Assembly (NCBI GenBank): GCA_051362555.1
Contig: CM120640.1
Location: 6,758,001 to 6,822,000, forward strand
DNA from: Lingula anatina
Lineage: Eukaryota > Animalia > Brachiopoda
DNA: 64,000 nucleotides
Reading direction: 5' to 3'
Positions 56,424 through 64,000 of the stretch are shown piece by piece. The stretch's first letter is position 1, and each line of letters starts with the position of its first letter. A model generated the notes under the pieces. The model did not search any database and was not told the DNA's origin. It saw only the letters and a program-made list of their open reading frames with translations. A program made the position numbers and the translations under genes.

Positions 56424-57074
56424 TTAAGTATACTTACAATATTACAAAAAAATATGGTAATGACTATCTTTACAATTGGGAAAAATTATCAGTTTATTCA
56501 ATTTATTCATGTAGTGCTTTTACTGTACAGATAAGGTGGCCTGCTTTTCAGTTTTGTTGTGGACACTCAAAAGGAATGATCTAGTTTCAAGAATACATGA
56601 CTTAAAAATACACCACTCAGAATTTCCCCCCACTAAAAAGATGGAGTAATAAATAAAATGACTTAAAATACTTCAGTGCTAAAACATGAACCAAACTTTA
56701 AGTACATAATAAGCATATAAAATGCACTGCTAATAAAAATATGTAAACAATCAAAAATCGAGCAAAATATGCAAAATATATTTAACTTGGCAGGTTCACA
56801 TTTACAAATTACATGAGACTTAAAAATGATCTTGACAAAGATTAAACTGACAACTCTTCTTGGTCCATCAAAACACCGCGCAGAATGCATTTTCTAATCC
56901 AGACAAATGTGTGTAAAAACAACTTTTTACAGCCATAAAGCATAAAGAGTATCAAAAAATGTGTAGCAAACAAAGATTCAGTATTGCATGCTATCTGGGC
57001 TGTCACAATTATCCCCCCCCCCCCAAAAAAAAAAAATTAATAATAATGATAATAATAAGTATCTAGTATTGCTG

Positions 57075-58582
57075 CTACCTCCTCTTTTCAAACTCCCTGC
57101 GAATCCATTCAGAGTCTTGATAAAACCTGGGATCACCCAGTCTTAAGGCTGTCCTTTTGTAAAAATAATAATAAAACACGGCACCTGCAATTAACAAAAA
57201 TGTTATAACATTTTTATGCCTTTTTCCATTTTCATTGGCTGGTGTTAATTTAAAATACCTCATTAATTTGTTCGAGCATCAAGGGCAAAGCTATAATCAT
57301 TACGTCAAAATTAAAAGGAAGTCATACAGCAGAATAATTCACTAAAAAATATGTATATATAATAATGAAAATTAAAAAAAATATATTTCAACAACTCACC
57401 CACTCTCTGTAACACATACAGAGCAATGAAACCACTGCTCCAAATGTAAGCATTGGGGTCTTCCCATCTAAGGGTCTAAAATAATACCAAAAAAGATTAA
57501 CCAAGACATTCAATGCTATTATTCAATATAAAAAAAAAAATGGTTCTTACAAGATGCACAAATAATATGTATCTGTTCTACATGCTGTATGATATGATTG
57601 TTACAGCAACAATTTACAATATTAGAATAAGCAACATTCTAATATTTACAAAGCCATGCACTAAATGAAATTCAAATTAATGAAGCAAAAAAAAAAAAAA
57701 TTAATAAATAATAAAAAACTCACCATTCCCCATATATGAAGTGCTAGACATAACACAAAGTATATGAAAGTGACAATAATGGTGTTCTTGAATTTATTCA
57801 CCAAGAGACCCACCAGGCCAGCTTGGAAGATGTAAGTGTTGAAGAACAACAGGAAAACAACTATAACAGCAAACACTATGCAGACATCTTGGATTCTGAA
57901 AGAAAAAAAAAGGAATAGAATCAATGTGTAACCATGTAATCCTACATACTAAATGCTACTATCATAAATTGCAAAGAAAAAATATTTTATCACCAACTGG
58001 CCCAGAAACCACTGTACTTTATTTGCTTATGATATACTAGTAGTCTAGTACTAACTTGCTACCTTATTGCATCCCATTTTGTTACATTGTAAAAAAACAT
58101 TATTCTGATCTGGATTTTCATGATTAAACAAACAACCACCCAAATAAACAAAATGAATAATACATTGTTATATCAGTCATGTCTGAAACTGGTATTTTTT
58201 AGATTTTTTTTACACCCCAACAGCAAATCCTTTAAAAAAGAAAAAACAAAGGTGTAAAATTGTAATTTTGCTGTATTACACATATAAGAACATGCCCCCG
58301 AGGGTTTCAGTTTGTGTCTTCTTTCCTCCTCATGGGTTAGAGGTGGGAGCCAAATTATCAATTTTGTTTTGAAAGGGGTTGGGGATATTCCTTCAATATA
58401 GTAATGATAGATTACAAGACTGGAATCAAAAATGGGCTTAAAAATATAAACACTTACACATATATAACCAGCAAAATTACATTCTCAAATCTAAGTAAAT
58501 CCGAAAAAGAGTTGAGAAATAAATCCACAAACAACAGAAAATACTGGAGGTACAGGATTGGACGGTAACGGCTGACTTGCAT
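57075..58582 (-). CDS. TMEM138: Transmembrane protein 138 (coding exons 58458-58582, 57724-57895, 57400-57475, 57075-57184; 160 aa)
   Basis: IQD...[21 protein letters not shown], and [22 protein letters not shown] match remembered TMEM138; GT-AG introns with consistent phases. Confidence 0.92.
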
Positions 58583-60272
58583 CTTCTGTCAAATTAAGGA
58601 CACATTATCTCGAGTAATTCTGGGAGTCTTCTATGTCCTCTTCTTCTCATCACACGTGTGAAGAATTGGAAGTAATGAGGATGGCATACCTACGTTTAAA
58701 AATGAATAAACATCTTAATGGGATTTTAATTTTTTCTTTCTCTAAATTAAACCATACATATGCGTTGCGTATATCTGTATAGATTTAGATCTATTAGTTT
58801 AGTCTTCAATTGTGCATTTATGACGATTTTATCAAATTCGATTTCGCACTGTGGTAGATTGGTGTGGTATCTAAAATCGTTACATATGCATATGTGATTT
58901 TAGTTTTGTTGACCGTGCAACACTAACAGTAATCTAGGTCCTGTCAAAAGTAAATGTATATTTATCCTCCATCCACTGTAAGCAGAGCATTTCACATAAA
59001 TAAATATATTTTACAAAAGACAGATACCAAAGAAATTACAATAATTCTATCGACTCCTATCTAATGCCTACCAATACATTTTTCTCTCGTATTGTTTGTA
59101 AATAAGCGGGCAGGGCGGAAGTAGTACAACCCCTCTCGTGTTATCTCCTGGAATCACGCACTGGGGACATAAAATTTATGACCTTCTTAGTCCTTCAGAC
59201 TTTATTGTGCCGTTTAAAATGAGACAGATAGAGTAATGGTTGTCAGACTTAATCAAAATTGAGAATTTTGTCTTTCTAATTAATGAATAAATAAAGTTGA
59301 AAGGTCTAAACATGTAAATCACATGATCAATTAACGAGATTCAAAATGGAGTAGCCGGCGGGAAGTAGAACTGTAATTCTATATTTTGGTAATGGAATGT
59401 ATGTTTGTAGTTTAGTGTATGTGTGTTTGCGCAAAAAATATCTAGAATTACTGAAACTGAAAACATAAATTTTGTATAAAACCTCAACCAGCTGTAAGTG
59501 AGTGAAGTTTTGCTGATGTGCAACCTGATGTACATGTAGACATGGAGATTGACATTTAAACAATTGTGAACAAATTATTTCCAAAAAACTTTAATTGTTA
59601 GGTTTAAGTTATTCGATGTTAAAAAGCATTTTGCCGATCCTAACTTTTATACAACCGATACGTACATGTATTTGAATAAATGTAGAGTTAAGCATCTTCA
59701 CTTCAATCTTCAAATTAAAATCCCATCCAGTAAAGTATCTTGGCTTTCTGAATTTGTATTTTTTAGTAGACTGAACAGGTTTGGCAGAGAAAATGAGTTG
59801 ATCCATCAGCTTGGTGTCATTCATATAGACAAACATGTATATGTCATGCTCCCGGATATTCCATAAGTCTCCCAGATACAGAACAAATCTCCCAATCTCC
59901 TGTATGGGTAACAAAATATCCCGAATAAACGCAATTTTGAATGTTTGCACCACTGTCAGCTAACGTCCTATCTCAATAACCAAATCAAAACATCAGAATA
60001 GTTGGATGATCATTTGAAAACTTAATCATTCTTTGCTAATTGTTTGGGGGAGGGGGGGGGTGAGAGAATGGTTGCTCTCCCATTGCCCCACTCCCCCTCC
60101 ACCACCACAACCACCACCACTGAGCACAATGGCAGAGACCACTCCCCCACCTCCCTACTGAGCAAAATTTTAGAATCTCCAGATTTTAGATTTCCAGAGG
60201 TTGGTATCTCATTATAGATCTAATAACACTTTCAATTTTAGGTAAAGTGAGGAACACAAACAACGTTGAACA

Positions 60273-62051
60273 ATGAGTGAGTTTAAGGTTCACCACAGTG
60301 TCAGTGAGCTAATGTCACTTCTTGGGTAAGGAGGAATTCTAATTGTCTTATTTCTGAAGTAATTGATAAATTGAAGTTTTGCATAAGGCATTGTGCCTTG
60401 AGTTCCTACATTTTTTCAATGCAGTTTTGGAGACGGGTTGGTTTCCAGCTCTCGCCTTTGCCTGGAAACAGGATATTCATTACGTTTCTTACACATTACA
60501 CATATCCAAGTGTAGCTATTAATTGATATCTTTATCTTGATACTAGGTAGAGCTTTTGGGTATTTCATCAGTTAACAGATACAAACCAAACTTTTTTACT
60601 TTCAGAGTGAAATCTGGGGAAGTTGGTGCTGAGGTATACACAGATATGCTCTTGAAGAATATGACTCCATATGTGACAACACAGGTACAATATTCCCCAT
60701 GTTGCTACTTTATCTGTATATGGGAAAATACCTTTTCTATACTTTGGTCATAGTTAGTGAATTACCAATATAAATTTAAAAAAAGAAGAATCTTATGGAA
60801 AAGGAATTATCCTATGTTATGATGTTGATAACTAAAGTATTAGATCCACATATAAATCACATAGTAAAAACTCTGACTTGAATGATGCTGTTCACGTTCA
60901 CTCTGATCTTATATTCTACAGGTTTCTGCTCATAATGCTAAGAGGAAAATTGCAGAGCACACCCAGAGTCCAGAAGAATTCCTGCAGAAATATGATGAAC
61001 TTAAAGCCAAAAAGTATAAGGAACAGAATTGTTTTTTAGCAGTGATTTAAAGATGCATATAAAGTCAATTTGACCACCTCAGAAAGATTCATTTGTATTT
61101 GTCATGTTCCAAAATTCCATATGTGTAGTGTCTTTGAATGTATTGTTAACTTTGTTTTGTTTAAATTTACATAGGTAAATGTGTATTAACAACCTTTTTT
61201 CTTCTTTCAGCATAAGAGACCTTGATTCCTTGGTGTTTTTACTGTCCAAATTATCTGATGATGAAAAGGTATGTGCAGATAGTGTGATTATATAGATATT
61301 TTGTCAGAATCAGATTTTACCTGTAAAAAATCAGAATAAAGCAATGTAAAGTGCATAAATTTCTTATCACACTTATACTAGTAAGCCTTTGGTGAATGTT
61401 TCATAGTGGCTGATAGTGCATGCTCATTGGCCAATGAAATTTTTTAGTAATAATATTGGATCTGCTTTATTACAGACAAAATCTTTTCTTGAGAAAAATG
61501 CACTGGACCGAGCTGCTGCCTCAGGAACAACCTTGTCCTCCCACAGTAATGTTCTGTCACAGCTTCCTGCTTCTGGCTCCAAAATAACACAAGAGGAGCT
61601 GTCCCAGGTAAGCTAAATCTAGAGATTTAAGAGGAGCTGTCCCAGGTAAGCTAAATCTAGAGATTTAAGAGGAGCTGTCCCAGGTAAGCTGAATCAAAAG
61701 ATTTGGTTGGGAACTGACAAAGCTATCAGTACATGGTGACAGCTGGTAAGTTTCAGACAGATTCTGAGGTCTTCCTTTGATTATTAGATATTATTATTAT
61801 GAAGATCACAAGGCAGTGTAAATATGGAGACATATTTGGTATAACATTTGTTTCCTTTCATTTCTGAATGTCTGATGTTTTGAACTCTTCAGTTGCGAGA
61901 TAAGTTGTTGAGAGAAGCCAGCAGTACAGCCAGTCATGTAGGTTCAGATGTTTTGAGGAAAGTGATGAGGGACAAGCATGCCACTAGAAATGGTAGGTAC
62001 CAGCTTGCCTTGTAGATTAAAAAAAATATTTATTTATATTTCTCTCTTTAT

Positions 62052-62083
<32 letters not shown>

Positions 62084-63952
62084 TTTATTTTTTATTTATT
62101 TTTTTATTTTTTTATTTATTTATTTTTTTTTTTTGCATTTCAGAAATAGTAGCTATCAGGTATTTTCAGACTTTGCTTTTAAATCCTTTGATGAAAAACT
62201 TCCAGTAGATTTGAAGTGAATATTTGTCAAACCATTTTGTTTTAATGTTTTTCCAGTCCAGTTGCCTCCTCAGCCAGACTGGCTTTTCCAGAGGCCACAC
62301 TTAACCCTGGACTTTGTGGTGGGAAGTCAAGGGCAAGGAGATGGTGTATGTACTGTAGTTTATTTCTTCAGTTTTTTAATGTCATATAATTGAATAATCT
62401 TTTCTAATATATGTGCATATTTGCCTGTTATTCCAATGTGGATTTTGTAATCAGGACATAATTTTCAGCACAATGGCATGGGCTTTGTTTATAGATTGGA
62501 ACAGATTTCTCTATTGCTTCCTTATTTTTAGACATTGACCTTGTTATGAGTTTGTATAACTTTTTTTCAGAATGTGGTCAGTTTAGGCACTCTCCCAGCA
62601 GCTCTACAAGAGCAAGCTGTCATAGAAGATTTGTTTTTCTGCATGGAGGTTAGTTAAACTTGCTGAAACTTTCTAGCTTGTTTTTATTACCTTTCTTCCC
62701 TAGGTTTTGGAAATGTTATTGTTTGGTGAAGAAAAATACTAAGTAAGGTTATGAATACTGTATACTCGTATTTGCAGGGCATTGAAGGCAAATATATCCA
62801 TGCTCTTACGCTGAAAGATAGATATGGGCCAAGGGAGTTTACCATTGACCAGAGTTTAGGTGAGTATACATGGTGTAAAGGAGTCAAGACAAATCTTAAA
62901 ATGCCCAATACTTTCATTCTAAGGCACAGTTTGTTATCTATACAGGGGCTCAAAATTGAATGTCTGTTTCATCACTTGTCTTGTCATTTACCAGATCCGT
63001 CCTTGAGAGAGTTGGTCCGGCGTATTCTGCCAACATGTTCCAATTACTCCACAGTGATACGATTTGTAGAAGGTAAGGCTTGGCCTCTTTTAAAGCTGAT
63101 GTAGATTGATTACAGACAAAAACTGTTATGTATATTAGACTTATGTAAGCTGGTGTGCTTGATCTCTACTGCTGGTCACTGTAGATCAACATGAATCCCA
63201 AAACTGAAGAAACAAAATTTATGTTTAAAAAAAATTTGACATAGGTGGAAACATCTTGTCTCATAAATAAGATGTCTGATATCTGAAGAAACAATTTGTC
63301 TTACCATTTCTCTTGAAACAGTGAAATACCCATTGCATTGTTGTTTTACTGTTTGTGAATAATAATAATAATAATAATTATAATAATATGCAGCAGCACA
63401 ACTTGCCCATTACAGAGAAATCTGCCTTTGAGTATGGCCTAGTAAATCATGCCCTGAGTGCTGCCATGAAGAATCTCATAAAAGACTACCTGGTCCTGGT
63501 TACACAGCTGGAGCACCAGCACAAACTGGTAGGCAGGGACAATTAGGAGTCAGTTAACATTTTATTAAAGTGACTGTTTTTATATGGAATAAGTGAAGAG
63601 CAAATATATATATAAAAAAGAGTTTGTTATTCTTTTTATAATTTTTCCCACATACTAGAATTTTAAGAAAAAATTATTTATTATAATTTATAATTGTGTT
63701 ATTTGTTGTGGTGCTAAATGAGTCGCCCAATCCAAGCTATCAGGTTTAGTTTAAATGTTTTGTGGCAAAATGTTAGTTTTCAAGGGAATCATTGCAAATC
63801 TTGGGTATAAAAGATGGATTGATACGTGGTATTCATTGAGATCTATATTCATCTTTTAAGGGTGAGCTGACTTTGCAAAAATACTGGTTTTACATTCAAC
63901 CCACCATGAGAACTCTGGAAATCCTTGCCTCTGTGGCAAATGCTGTCAATAA
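60273..63952 (+). CDS. TUBGCP2: Gamma-tubulin complex component 2, 5' part (about 12 exons, continues beyond the window)
   Basis: MSEFKVHHSVSELMSLL / GAEVYTDML.KN.TPYVTT / VSAHNAKRKIAE...FLQKYDELK / EKSAFEYGLVNHALSAAM. Approximate exons 60273-60325, 60606-60684, 60922-61013, 61211-61268, 61476-61607, and further exons to 63861-63952. Confidence 0.92.
61591..61690 (+). repeat. 38-bp tandem repeat (~2.6 copies) spanning a TUBGCP2 splice donor
   Basis: aagaggagctgtcccaggtaagct at 61591, 61629 and 61667. Confidence 0.9.
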
Positions 63953-64000
63953 GGTAATTTCAGTGGAGAAAATTGTTTTCCTCATATGATTTTATCTTTT

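Overview
This is AT-rich metazoan genomic DNA; the histone N-termini suggest a marine invertebrate, possibly an echinoderm (inference). From about 1031 to 56762 lies a small tandem array of replication-dependent core histone genes. The unit is about 7.72 kb, with divergent H2B(-)/H2A(+) and H3(-)/H4(+) pairs, no H1, and a 3' stem-loop on every gene. The centre of the array is homogeneous and both ends are decayed. To the right are spliced TMEM138 (-) and the 5' part of TUBGCP2 (+). The main signal is a group of related APE-RT non-LTR retrotransposons (Jockey/I-group-like; at least four lineages, labelled A-D here). Five copies sit about 20-23 bp downstream of the TATA box, at the presumed transcription start, of three different histone genes (H2B, H3, H4), always in histone-sense orientation. 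A sixth relic is consistent with the same pattern. The target-site duplication covers the presumed cap site, so the histone promoter ends up pointing into the element. The elements have no terminal poly(A) and instead share a covarying two-hairpin 3' RNA structure. A second, RTEX-like LINE type has hit the H4 TATA box in one unit, and related fragments are fixed in every homogenized unit. Family assignments come from motif recognition only; no database search was run.
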